IMG/VR virus record: IMGVR_UViG_3300032030_000012
Location: 1 to 50,755 of that record
From: a virus
Lineage: Duplodnaviria; Heunggongvirae; Uroviricota; Caudoviricetes
DNA: 50,755 nucleotides
Reading direction: 5' to 3' (one strand)
In this document: piece after piece, positions 20,500 to 29,603 of the stretch
Layout of the letters: each line of letters starts with the position of its first letter
Numbering within the stretch: the first letter of the stretch is position 1
Program-made: the position numbers and the translations under genes
The notes under the pieces: generated by a model
What the model saw: the letters and a program-made list of their open reading frames with translations, nothing else
Database searches by the model: none
What the model was told of the DNA's origin: nothing

Positions 20500-20790
20500 T
20501 TATGCCTCCTCTTTTAAATTTTCTATAAAATTATATAATTCTGCTTCAGCTTCTTGATATTTTTCATAATCCAATTGATCTGTTAAGTATTCAACTTCAT
20601 CTAAAGAATCAACTTCTTCTATAATAGCATCATAATAATCTTCATGTTCTGGTACCCATTCTTCAATATAAGAATCTAAATTAGATTTATAATCTTCATC
20701 TTCTTCTATATTATTTCTATCTTTGTAATCTTTCCAATCCTGAAGAAACTCTTCTTTTATTATTTTAGCTAAATTATTCGTTATCTTCAT
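20500..20790 (-). CDS. Highly acidic small protein
   Basis: Likely start MKITNN at 20790 (GAGGAGG RBS); IKEE and LKEE motifs. Confidence 0.65.
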   Translation of the reverse strand: MKITNNLAKIIKEEFLQDWKDYKDRNNIEEDEDYKSNLDSYIEEWVPEHEDYYDAIIEEVDSLDEVEYLTDQLDYEKYQEAEAELYNFIENLKEEA

Positions 20791-21880
20791 TTTCTTCCTC
20801 CTCATTATTTTCTATATTCTCATCAGGCTCTTGTGTTGAATTTTTATTATCCTCTTTATATTTTTCTATCCATCTAGTCATAATATTAATTTCGTTAGGC
20901 TGTAATTTTGCTCCTGCAAAATTATCTTGAACATATTTCATTAAACTATCTTTAATATGGAAAGTATCAGCATTCATAATATAATCTTTATTATCTTCAA
21001 TATAATCGTTTGCAATTTCTTCAATTTGCTCTTGACGATTAGCAAATTTAGACCAAAATCCTTTCTTAGCATTTTGTCTTGCAAGTTCATCTGGTAATGT
21101 TAATTCTTGACCTTCTTTAGGTCTTAAATATTCATTTACTTTATCTATATTTTTCTCTATAAAATCCATTATAGTTCCAGTTACTTGTTGTAACCATTTT
21201 TTATTAGATAACATAGCAATAAGATGTTTACACATAGAACCATAATTATGAGGATTAGTAATATTAGCAGGTCGATTTTCAGGTTTACCATATTTATAAT
21301 CAAGCTGTGTAGCTTGATATGCAAATCTATATCCAAAATCTGGACAAGTACAATTTATTTTTATTTCTAAAGCATCTATTGATTCCATTATAGCTTGAGT
21401 TATAGCTTTAGTATTTACTTGATTATTAGGATTTCTTTCAGCCTCCATTTGAATCCAAATTAAAATATCATTCATTTCTACTGTATCATAATAATCTCCA
21501 ACTTTACAAGTTACTGTTATTGTATCAGTTCTAAAAATAGAAGTTGTATCTATATCTACAATACTAAATCCTTTATATTGAGCTGATTTTCTATATCTAG
21601 TAATTGTATCAGACTTTGCTAAAGCTAATAATTCATTTCTTGAAGCTTCTGTTAAAGAATATAATTTAGATTCTGTTAAATGCTTAATTGCATCATATCT
21701 AGTAGCTAAAACTGTTAATAAATCTTTTTTAGTTTTTTCCCATATGTAATTATTTCCACAACCATCATCATAACCATCTTCAAATTCTATAACCCAATAT
21801 CCATCTCCACCTTTGTAGAAATCTTTAATCATAAAATCATATTTAGATGGTATTCCTTGAAATTTACTTTCTAAGAGCAT
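20774..21880 (-). CDS. SWIM zinc-finger protein
   Basis: CTCPDF...CKH (CxC-xn-CxH); N-terminal LLES, LTES, LTEA motifs. Confidence 0.7.
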   Translation of the reverse strand: MLLESKFQGIPSKYDFMIKDFYKGGDGYWVIEFEDGYDDGCGNNYIWEKTKKDLLTVLATRYDAIKHLTESKLYSLTEASRNELLALAKSDTITRYRKSAQYKGFSIVDIDTTSIFRTDTITVTCKVGDYYDTVEMNDILIWIQMEAERNPNNQVNTKAITQAIMESIDALEIKINCTCPDFGYRFAYQATQLDYKYGKPENRPANITNPHNYGSMCKHLIAMLSNKKWLQQVTGTIMDFIEKNIDKVNEYLRPKEGQELTLPDELARQNAKKGFWSKFANRQEQIEEIANDYIEDNKDYIMNADTFHIKDSLMKYVQDNFAGAKLQPNEINIMTRWIEKYKEDNKNSTQEPDENIENNEEEENEDNE

Positions 21881-21904
21881 TTAACATATCTTCCTTTCGT
21901 TCAT

Positions 21905-21936
21905 ATTATATAACATTTTTAAATAAAAATAACGGG
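21905..21936 (-). promoter_or_regulatory. Second promoter class CCCGTT-N20-TATAAT (copy A)
   Basis: Same spacing as the copies at 43027-43058 and 48268-48299. Confidence 0.65.
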
Positions 21937-21955
21937 ATTTATAAACATTATTTCA

Positions 21956-21972
21956 ATCTAATAATATTTTAC
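21956..21972 (-). promoter_or_regulatory. Putative late promoter motif (copy 5)
   Basis: GTAAAATATTATTAGAT, just after a terminator. Confidence 0.7.
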
Positions 21973-21981
21973 ATAAAAAAT

Positions 21982-22007
21982 AAAGAGTAGAACTTAATCT
22001 ACTCTTT
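21982..22007 (-). terminator. Intrinsic terminator
   Basis: aaagagtaga/tctactcttt after the endolysin stop. Confidence 0.8.
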
Positions 22008-22024
22008 TTTGGAAAGGAATTTTA

Positions 22025-23266
22025 TTAGTATTTTAATTTTTGTCCTGGATATATTGTATAAGGAGATCTGATACCGTTTTTATCTGCTATTGATTTCCAA
22101 TTAACTCCTAATTTTGCACCTATTCCAGATAATGTATCTCCTGATTTAACTGTATATGTTCTAGATGAAGAGCTTCCTCCTCCTAATTTCTTATTTACAA
22201 TATCTTGTATAACACTGAAATTATATCCAGCTTCTTCTAATTTTCTTCTTCTATCGTCACCATTCCCCCATTTACCAGCTATAACTTCATCAGCTATTGT
22301 TTCATTTGATTTCTTTGGAGTAGATCCTCCTACTAATTCATTTACTTTATTCTGAATAGCATTATAATCATATCCAGCCTGAGTTAATCTATTTTTACGA
22401 TCATCACCATTTCCCCATTGCCCTGCAATTACTTCTCTGGCAATTTCATCAATAGACTTTTTAGCTGGTTGAGATCCACCTTTTAATATTTCATTTACTC
22501 TAGCTTGCACTGCATTATAATCATATCCTGCATTTATTAATCTATGCTTTCTATCATCACCATTTCCCCAGGCTCCATTTATAACTTCTCTTGCTACTTC
22601 ATCTATTGATTTAGTTGGAGCAGGTCTTGGATTAGTTCCGCCCTTAACTATAAAATCTTTATAACCATAATTCATATCTAATCTTCCTGAATATCCATTT
22701 AAATATCCATCAGATGTAAATTGCCATATACCACAACGAGAAGCATTTTCACCTTCAGAAGAAGTATTCATTCCTGTTTGTTTTCCTCCTCTTGTTGGCC
22801 AATGAGCTACCCATTTATCAAAAGCTGTTAATCCTGCAAGTTGATTATTAAACCAAGATGAACTAGCATATACCATTGCATAGTATCCTGCATTCTCGAA
22901 AGCTCTACATTCAATTGTACATATATCTCTTAATGTTTGATTTGAAGGCATACCATTTCTTTTTTTATAGCCATCTGCATCTTCCATATCAATTACTAAG
23001 AAGTTAGGTTTAACTGCATATGAATTAGCTAAATTAATAACATTTTGAGCTTCTTGAGCAGCTCTATCAGTATTTAAAGCATATGAATAAATATATAAAC
23101 CATATGGTTTTCCGTTCTGTATTGCTAAATTAACATTTCTATCAACTTTACTATCTTTACTAATACCTGCATGAGATCTAAATATGAAAAAATCTACTTG
23201 ATTTGACAAAGCTCCTATATTAATATCTCCTTGCCAAGCACTAATATCTGGTCCAATATATGCCAT
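22025..23266 (-). CDS. Endolysin: GH25 muramidase + 3x Cpl-7 (CW_7) + LysM
   Basis: PDISAWQG, IDME, WQFTS..LDMN; three SIDE.AREVI.G.WGNGDDRK..L..AGYDY repeats; YTVKSGDTLSGI...IYPGQKL. Confidence 0.93.
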   Translation of the reverse strand: MAYIGPDISAWQGDINIGALSNQVDFFIFRSHAGISKDSKVDRNVNLAIQNGKPYGLYIYSYALNTDRAAQEAQNVINLANSYAVKPNFLVIDMEDADGYKKRNGMPSNQTLRDICTIECRAFENAGYYAMVYASSSWFNNQLAGLTAFDKWVAHWPTRGGKQTGMNTSSEGENASRCGIWQFTSDGYLNGYSGRLDMNYGYKDFIVKGGTNPRPAPTKSIDEVAREVINGAWGNGDDRKHRLINAGYDYNAVQARVNEILKGGSQPAKKSIDEIAREVIAGQWGNGDDRKNRLTQAGYDYNAIQNKVNELVGGSTPKKSNETIADEVIAGKWGNGDDRRRKLEEAGYNFSVIQDIVNKKLGGGSSSSRTYTVKSGDTLSGIGAKLGVNWKSIADKNGIRSPYTIYPGQKLKY

Positions 23267-23343
23267 TATTCTTTTACCTCCTCTTCTTCATAATTTCTTA
23301 ATTCTTCGATGTTAACATCTTCGATAACTTCATTTTCATCCAT
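23266..23343 (-). CDS. 25-aa acidic leader peptide coupled to the endolysin
   Basis: GGAGGTAACTTAT RBS; MDENEVIEDVNIEELRNYEEEEVKE; TAATG overlap with the lysin start. Confidence 0.65.
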   Translation of the reverse strand: MDENEVIEDVNIEELRNYEEEEVKE

Positions 23344-23367
23344 TTATAAGTTACCTCCTCTCTTTTC

Positions 23368-23384
23368 ATCTATTAATATTTTAC
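23368..23384 (-). promoter_or_regulatory. Putative late promoter motif (copy 6)
   Basis: GTAAAATATTAATAGAT, 24 nt upstream of ATG 23343. Confidence 0.75.
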
Positions 23385-23398
23385 TTAAAAATGAAAAA

Positions 23399-23420
23399 GA
23401 GACTATTTTTCAATAGTCTC
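23399..23420 (-). terminator. Intrinsic terminator
   Basis: gagactatt/aatagtctc with T-tail. Confidence 0.75.
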
Positions 23421-23437
23421 CTTATATTATTTATGAT

Positions 23438-24598
23438 TTATTTATAGGCATTTATATTAACATATGCTACTCTTCCAGTTGCAACAGCTATAACTTTGTC
23501 AACATTACTTGAAGTATTTTCTAATATCTTAACAGTTGTATTTGCTTTATATGTATATACAGTACCTGTTAAATCTGGTTTTGAATACATATAAGTTGTA
23601 GATTTAAACTTTCTAGTTTCGCCTACAGTATTTCTTCCTGATGGTTTTGAATCAGCTAAATATTGTGTTGATACCCAACCACTTACAGGACTTTCTATAC
23701 TACTCCAATCTCCTGATTGACCTGTTACAACTACTTGAGTACCTTTTTGTAAGCTACCTATCACATTTCCACCAGGATTATCTCTAACGTTTAAAGGTAA
23801 TGAATTTGTATTTACATACATTGTTCTTTTTGTTACAGGCTCTGAATAAGTTAAATAATAATTTGCTACCCATTTATCTGATCCTATTCTAGCCCAATCT
23901 CCTTGTACTTCATATACTAATACTTGAGTTCCTTTTGGTAATGATCCTATTACATCCCCATTAGGAGCATTTCTTACATTTAAATTTAAAGATTGTGTAT
24001 TAACCCAAGCTACTTTTGGATCTGGTTGAGGTCCAGGTGTAGGTGGTTCTATACCTCCAATATTAAATGCAAAGAATCTTTGAGCATTTGAATTAGCTTT
24101 AAATTGATCTATTTGTACATATGCACTTGTTCCTTCTAAATCTACTAGTCCTTGTCTTCCAGGTCTATCAAATTTTCCGGTATATAAATAAGGATCATAT
24201 ATACAAATTTCATCTCCTCTATATCCTATAGCAAGTATAAAATGCCCATCAGTAGTCCATAAACCAGGTCCGCAGCAAATTACAACTGCCCAACCTTTTT
24301 TAACATAATCAAATGTTTCATATGAACTAGATAATCTTTTATATTCTAATCCCCATCTTTCTGCTACATAGGGATATAAATTATCACTTGTTCCTCCAGG
24401 TACTCTAAATCCTTCATTAATACAAATATCTCCCATTTGATCAGGATATATGATTTCTTTAGAACTAGATACTACCATGGCAGCACATGTAGGGCCACAT
24501 CCACTTGTTCCTATTGTTTTATCTTCATAACCCGGATAAGCAGGATATGGGTGGTTTTTCCATCTTGAATCTGTTTGATTGTAATAAACCTTACTCAT
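23438..24598 (-). CDS. Cell-wall hydrolase: C39-like cysteine peptidase + SH3b domains
   Basis: YYNQ.D.RW, SGCGPTCAAM, GHFIL, IYDP; SH3b repeats LNVRNAP.G.VIGSL.KG. Confidence 0.85.
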   Translation of the reverse strand: MSKVYYNQTDSRWKNHPYPAYPGYEDKTIGTSGCGPTCAAMVVSSSKEIIYPDQMGDICINEGFRVPGGTSDNLYPYVAERWGLEYKRLSSSYETFDYVKKGWAVVICCGPGLWTTDGHFILAIGYRGDEICIYDPYLYTGKFDRPGRQGLVDLEGTSAYVQIDQFKANSNAQRFFAFNIGGIEPPTPGPQPDPKVAWVNTQSLNLNVRNAPNGDVIGSLPKGTQVLVYEVQGDWARIGSDKWVANYYLTYSEPVTKRTMYVNTNSLPLNVRDNPGGNVIGSLQKGTQVVVTGQSGDWSSIESPVSGWVSTQYLADSKPSGRNTVGETRKFKSTTYMYSKPDLTGTVYTYKANTTVKILENTSSNVDKVIAVATGRVAYVNINAYK

Positions 24599-24759
24599 TA
24601 TTTACCACCTTCCTCTTCAATTTCTACTTTTTCGGCTTCTTTATAAGAATCGGCTTCTTCAAATGTCATTTTTGGAACTTCTAAGGTGTCTAATACATTA
24701 TCAACAAAAACTCCATTAACTGTTTCTAGAACATTATCTGTATTGTTTGTTTCTTCCAT
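24598..24759 (-). CDS. 53-aa acidic leader protein coupled to the C39 lysin
   Basis: GGAGGTAACTTAT RBS; MEETNNTDNVLETV...EIEEEGGK; TAATG overlap. Confidence 0.7.
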   Translation of the reverse strand: MEETNNTDNVLETVNGVFVDNVLDTLEVPKMTFEEADSYKEAEKVEIEEEGGK

Positions 24760-24783
24760 AATAAGTTACCTCCTTCTTATTAT

Positions 24784-24800
24784 TATCATTAATATTTTAC
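24784..24800 (-). promoter_or_regulatory. Putative late promoter motif (copy 7)
   Basis: GTAAAATATTAATGATA, 24 nt upstream of ATG 24759; no terminator upstream. Confidence 0.65.
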
Positions 24801-24808
24801 CTAAAGAA

Positions 24809-26692
24809 TTAATATCCTGTTGTCCAACCGGCATTTATAAATGCTTGATAATTACTTAATGTAGTACAGATTTGAGCTTGTTCTTTAGTTAATCCCCATT
24901 TTTTTAATGTTTTACTTCTAGCATATTGTAAATTAGTCATATTAATACTCATTTGCATAATATTATTTAAACTTTGATTACTTAAATTAGGACAATTTTC
25001 AAAACAACGATCCCAAGCGTCTAAGTTAGAAGAACCTGTAAAATGGCTAGTAGTAAATACAGGTATATCTACTAAATTAGTACAACCTCTAAACAGATCA
25101 TACATATTTGTAAAATGATCTGTATCAAATTCATTTAAAGTAACAGAAGTTAAACTAGTACATTGCGCAAATAAACCATGAACATTATTATTTGTTCCTA
25201 AAAAAATTAATTTAGGAACAGAAGTTAAACTAGTGCATCTATCAAACATTTCATAAATCCATATATTATCTTTTATTGTATAAGTGGGAACTGAAACCAA
25301 ACTAGTACAACCTTTAAACATTTCATAAGTGTCTTCAGAATTAGCAAGATTCATTTGAGGTGCTTTAATTAAATTTTCACAATCCTCAAAAGTAGCAACA
25401 GATCTTGTTATATTTATATTTAACATATCTGGTACATATATTAATTTTCTACAGCCTTTAAATTTTTGAGTATAATCACCTGAAGGTAAATTATATAATA
25501 AAGTACCATCACTCTTAGTAGGAATACATGCAATATCTGTTTCTGATACCTTAGGTAAATCTATAGGAGTTAAGCTATCATAAACTTGTTGACATTTTGC
25601 ATATATAAACGCGGCATTATCAACAAAAGATGTATCAATATTACCTCCTAAAGTACCTGTAGATTTTCCATCTATTCCTATAAAAACTTCATTATTCATT
25701 ACCTGATTAGCTTGAGCAGTAACTCCTATAGGAGCAGTTTTCCATTCTTCTCCATTGTATTTATAAAATCCATCATAATTAAATTGATTTATTTTAACTA
25801 TAGAATTTATAACAGATTGGTCTTCTATAAAATGAGCTTGAGTAGAATAATATTTTAAATCAAAGTCAAAATCAAAGTCATAATTAGCTGCATCTCCTGA
25901 AAAATTATACGCTTGATTATCAGGATCATATATAGCTGTATAGTATATGTTAGACCAAGAAGATCCTTGTTCTGTATTAATATCCAACGATACAAAATAA
26001 GGCTCATTTTCAGCCTCATATTCTTCAGCTTCTTCAACCATCAAATTAATTGTCACACCAGCATAATCTCCAGTAATATCATCATAGCCTGTAAATTCTA
26101 ATTGATAATAGCTTTCTTCTTCATAAATTCGTTGTAAAAAACTCAAATCTATAGAAAAATTCTTTTGAATATGAACATGTCTAAACAACTGATCAGCTGA
26201 TAAAATATCTAACAAAGTACTTCCAAATACAACAGCTAAATCCCCTGCATTACTATCAGTAGAATCTTTCATATCTTGAATAGTATCAAATTTTTTGATA
26301 GGTCCTTTAGTAAACCAATCAGAATAAGGAACATATGTATTTACAATAGCATTATTTCGTAATAACTGATCAGAAGCGGATTTTGATCTAACCCTAACTT
26401 CAGAATTATTAGGGAAGCGATCGTAATTATATACAGGACAATTAGTTCCAGATGAGTTACTACGTACTTCAGTTACAGTACCTGTTATTTTACTGCCTTT
26501 AACATAAGCTGTTTTATACTTACAAAGATCGCTAGCTACAGCCGTTGCATCTGATGTGTCTATTCCTCCTGAGCCTTCGTAAGTTCCTGTTACATCAAAT
26601 ATTTTTATACCTTTTTTAATATTTTCAGGAATGATTTTAGAGGTTTTTTCAGCTAAAATATCTTCTGATAATTCTAATGTTTTACTTGACAT
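24809..26692 (-). CDS. Mosaic fibre/adhesin with BspA/DUF285-like LRR C-terminus
   Basis: EKTSKIIPENIKK...FDVTGTYEG adapter, DTSDATA module, MF.GCTSL.SVP repeats. Confidence 0.75.
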   Translation of the reverse strand: MSSKTLELSEDILAEKTSKIIPENIKKGIKIFDVTGTYEGSGGIDTSDATAVASDLCKYKTAYVKGSKITGTVTEVRSNSSGTNCPVYNYDRFPNNSEVRVRSKSASDQLLRNNAIVNTYVPYSDWFTKGPIKKFDTIQDMKDSTDSNAGDLAVVFGSTLLDILSADQLFRHVHIQKNFSIDLSFLQRIYEEESYYQLEFTGYDDITGDYAGVTINLMVEEAEEYEAENEPYFVSLDINTEQGSSWSNIYYTAIYDPDNQAYNFSGDAANYDFDFDFDLKYYSTQAHFIEDQSVINSIVKINQFNYDGFYKYNGEEWKTAPIGVTAQANQVMNNEVFIGIDGKSTGTLGGNIDTSFVDNAAFIYAKCQQVYDSLTPIDLPKVSETDIACIPTKSDGTLLYNLPSGDYTQKFKGCRKLIYVPDMLNINITRSVATFEDCENLIKAPQMNLANSEDTYEMFKGCTSLVSVPTYTIKDNIWIYEMFDRCTSLTSVPKLIFLGTNNNVHGLFAQCTSLTSVTLNEFDTDHFTNMYDLFRGCTNLVDIPVFTTSHFTGSSNLDAWDRCFENCPNLSNQSLNNIMQMSINMTNLQYARSKTLKKWGLTKEQAQICTTLSNYQAFINAGWTTGY

Positions 26693-26705
26693 TATAATCT
26701 CCTCT

Positions 26706-29030
26706 CTAATTACTTAATTTATTCATACATTCTATACAAATATTCATATAGTTTCTTCCTATAGGATTATTTGATATTTTATCTTGTGTTATTATTTCTC
26801 CTCTTGTAGGTTTATTATTTCCAGCAAAATTATCTATATCTTTATTAAATTTAACATTGTTTCTATCATTATCAAATACAGCATAATTATTAACTTTATT
26901 TTGAATTTGTAATATAGAATCATATATACCTTGATAGTTTTCAGCTTTAATAATAGATTCTGCAGGTAATTCTTTATTAGTACTTGGTAAAGCACTTCTA
27001 CTAGCAAAATATACATCATATAATCTAACACTATAATTTCTAACAGTAGTATAATGTCTTAATAGTACTAATTCATCTTTCTTAATTCCTTCCACTTGTG
27101 TTATTTCATTTATAGCGGAATTATTTACAGTAGAAGTATCTGACCATTCACTCCAAATATTCGAATAATAATTCTTTTGGAATCTTATTTTAATTTTAAA
27201 AGAAGATGTATTTGGAAATGATGCTATTAATGATGGATTAATGACTAAAGGTTTCATATAAGTAACTGTATTTGTACTAAATATTGTAGGATATAAATCA
27301 AAAGTATAAGTTACATCATTTATATTTAACTCTATAGCTTTATATCTATAATTAGCAGCTGTAACATCTAATATATCAAAATCATCATCAGCAGGAGCTG
27401 TAACAAGTATTCTAAATTGATTATTATGCCAACTAGTTCCATTTAAAGGGCCATCAATAACTGGTTTTTTTAATTTACCAATTGGTTTTATAAATTGTTT
27501 TTTATTTTCAATACCATATAATTTTCCGGAACCATCTGCTTTATTATAAAAAGGTTGAATACCTACCCAATTTATAGTACCTCTATTTAATTCAGTTCTT
27601 ATATTTAAAGCTTGACCAGTGGTTAAGTTAGTTGTATTTAGAGTTTTAGTAGTTTTTACAGTACTACAAGTACTATCTGTATATACTTTAAATATATATC
27701 CATCAATAACTCCTCCATCTATATCAGAAGGATAAGTCCACTGCACATATACATAAGGATGTTCATCTATAAAATACTCTCTTCCTGCAAATAATTGTTT
27801 ACTTGTATCAGGAGTCTTATTATCAGAATTACAATCATAATATAAAATATTATTTTCTCCAATAGTTTTTGTAGGTTTATAATTAACTTTTACAGCAATA
27901 TTTGAAGTATCTTTAGTTTTTCCACTAGATTCATTTTTTCTTCTTAATTTAAGATTAAATGTAGCACTATCAGTACTTCTTTGAGCAACACTTAATATAC
28001 CATTTAAAAAAGACTTTGTTATAGTTAACGTTTGAGCTGTATTTCCGGCATCATTATTAGTAGGATCATGTTTACCCAAGTCTTTCCAAGAAGAACCATT
28101 ATCTACACTATAATAAGTTTTAAATTGATTTTCTAATGACGACCATTTTCTATTATTTGTAGACCACTTAATTTGTGGATTATTTTTAGCATCACCTGAA
28201 ATTGTAGATGGATCTACTGAAAAAGAAGTTATATCAGGTAATTTATATGTATATAAAGTTAATTCATTAGAATCAGCATATAAAGAGCTATCATAATCAT
28301 GAGTTCTTCTAGCTTTTACTTTATATGAACTAGCATGAGCTACACCACTATCAGAAGGTTTAAATGTATAATCTCCTCCATTATTACCAATAGAAGTAGT
28401 ATGTTCGTGATTATTAATAGTAACTTTTACAGTTGTAGGATTAGCATCTCCAGAAGTATTAGCTGCTACTGTTATAGATCTATTACTATCATAATTTGAT
28501 ATACTAGTATTAGAGCTTATAGATATTGTAGGTTTTTGATATAAAGAACTTAAAGATAAAGATCCAATTACTTCTCTACTATGTCCTTGATCACATTCTC
28601 CATTTGTTTTCCATACACAATAACAATATACTACTAAATCACCACTAGTCCAATTCAATTCTTGATTATAAGAAATACTAAAAGAACCTCCAGTAGGATT
28701 ACCACTTTTTGTTTGAGGATTAAACCATCCTTTACCTGATCTTGTTACCCATCCAGGAATAGAAGGATCCCAAGTAGTCATATTTTGAAAAGGTAATCTA
28801 GCAGTTGAATCTTGAGGGGTGACTATTTGTACAGATAAACCAGCATAATTTTGGCTTTGAGATGCAAAAGCAGGAGGAGTATTATAATGCCAACCTGAAC
28901 GTATAGCTATTGTTACTGTACCATTTACTCTAACTTTACCTGATCCTGATTTTGAAACTTCAAAACTACCTGAAGAATCTATTAAGGGACCTGTATGAAA
29001 AGCTTCTTTATAACAATTTAAAGTAGCCAT
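26706..29030 (-). CDS. Tail/baseplate-associated beta-rich (Ig/Fn3-like) protein
   Basis: 774 aa; WSEWSD motif; paralogous to 36680..34340. Confidence 0.6.
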   Translation of the reverse strand: MATLNCYKEAFHTGPLIDSSGSFEVSKSGSGKVRVNGTVTIAIRSGWHYNTPPAFASQSQNYAGLSVQIVTPQDSTARLPFQNMTTWDPSIPGWVTRSGKGWFNPQTKSGNPTGGSFSISYNQELNWTSGDLVVYCYCVWKTNGECDQGHSREVIGSLSLSSLYQKPTISISSNTSISNYDSNRSITVAANTSGDANPTTVKVTINNHEHTTSIGNNGGDYTFKPSDSGVAHASSYKVKARRTHDYDSSLYADSNELTLYTYKLPDITSFSVDPSTISGDAKNNPQIKWSTNNRKWSSLENQFKTYYSVDNGSSWKDLGKHDPTNNDAGNTAQTLTITKSFLNGILSVAQRSTDSATFNLKLRRKNESSGKTKDTSNIAVKVNYKPTKTIGENNILYYDCNSDNKTPDTSKQLFAGREYFIDEHPYVYVQWTYPSDIDGGVIDGYIFKVYTDSTCSTVKTTKTLNTTNLTTGQALNIRTELNRGTINWVGIQPFYNKADGSGKLYGIENKKQFIKPIGKLKKPVIDGPLNGTSWHNNQFRILVTAPADDDFDILDVTAANYRYKAIELNINDVTYTFDLYPTIFSTNTVTYMKPLVINPSLIASFPNTSSFKIKIRFQKNYYSNIWSEWSDTSTVNNSAINEITQVEGIKKDELVLLRHYTTVRNYSVRLYDVYFASRSALPSTNKELPAESIIKAENYQGIYDSILQIQNKVNNYAVFDNDRNNVKFNKDIDNFAGNNKPTRGEIITQDKISNNPIGRNYMNICIECMNKLSN

Positions 29031-29056
29031 TAAGTTGCTCCTTTCAAAATCAATAT

Positions 29057-29073
29057 TTCTATTAATATTTTAC
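29057..29073 (-). promoter_or_regulatory. Putative late promoter motif (copy 8)
   Basis: GTAAAATATTAATAGAA, 26 nt upstream of ATG 29030. Confidence 0.75.
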
Positions 29074-29080
29074 CTAAAAA

Positions 29081-29110
29081 TAAAGAGTAGATATTTTCAT
29101 CTACTCTTTA
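29081..29110 (-). terminator. Intrinsic terminator
   Basis: taaagagtagat/atctactcttta. Confidence 0.85.
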
Positions 29111-29125
29111 AATATTGTAAAATTA

Positions 29126-29566
29126 TTATTCTTCAACTTTAACTTCTTCAACAACTTCAGGTGCAGGTATTGATTCTTGTTTTACATTTTGGGCTAATAA
29201 TTTAAGATCTTTTAATAATTCTTGATTTTCTTTCTTATCAAACCATCCTTCATTTAATCCATATACTGCACTTTCTATTAACATGTTTATTTCTGCAGGT
29301 GTTATTTTAATTCCTTTACTTTGTAGTATTTCTGATACTTGAGCTGTGGCTTTTTCTAGTTTTTCTTTTCCACTTAAATCAGTATATACTTGTTCAACAA
29401 ATTTAACAGCATCTGTAACAACTGTTTTAGCAGTTTCATTATTTATTTTCTCTTCATATGCTTTTTTAAGAGCTGTTCCTATATATGTAAATAATGCTGT
29501 TATTGCTGTAGCAAGTATAGGTAATAATATTTGTATAAATTGATTTAATATTTCATTATTTTCCAT
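29126..29566 (-). CDS. Holin, LL-H family
   Basis: N-terminal TM helix; AVKFVEQVY..L.G.EK...A...I..LIESAV. Confidence 0.8.
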   Translation of the reverse strand: MENNEILNQFIQILLPILATAITALFTYIGTALKKAYEEKINNETAKTVVTDAVKFVEQVYTDLSGKEKLEKATAQVSEILQSKGIKITPAEINMLIESAVYGLNEGWFDKKENQELLKDLKLLAQNVKQESIPAPEVVEEVKVEE

Positions 29567-29603
29567 AATTCTTTTACCTCCTTTCTTTCTGTAATATATT
29601 ATC

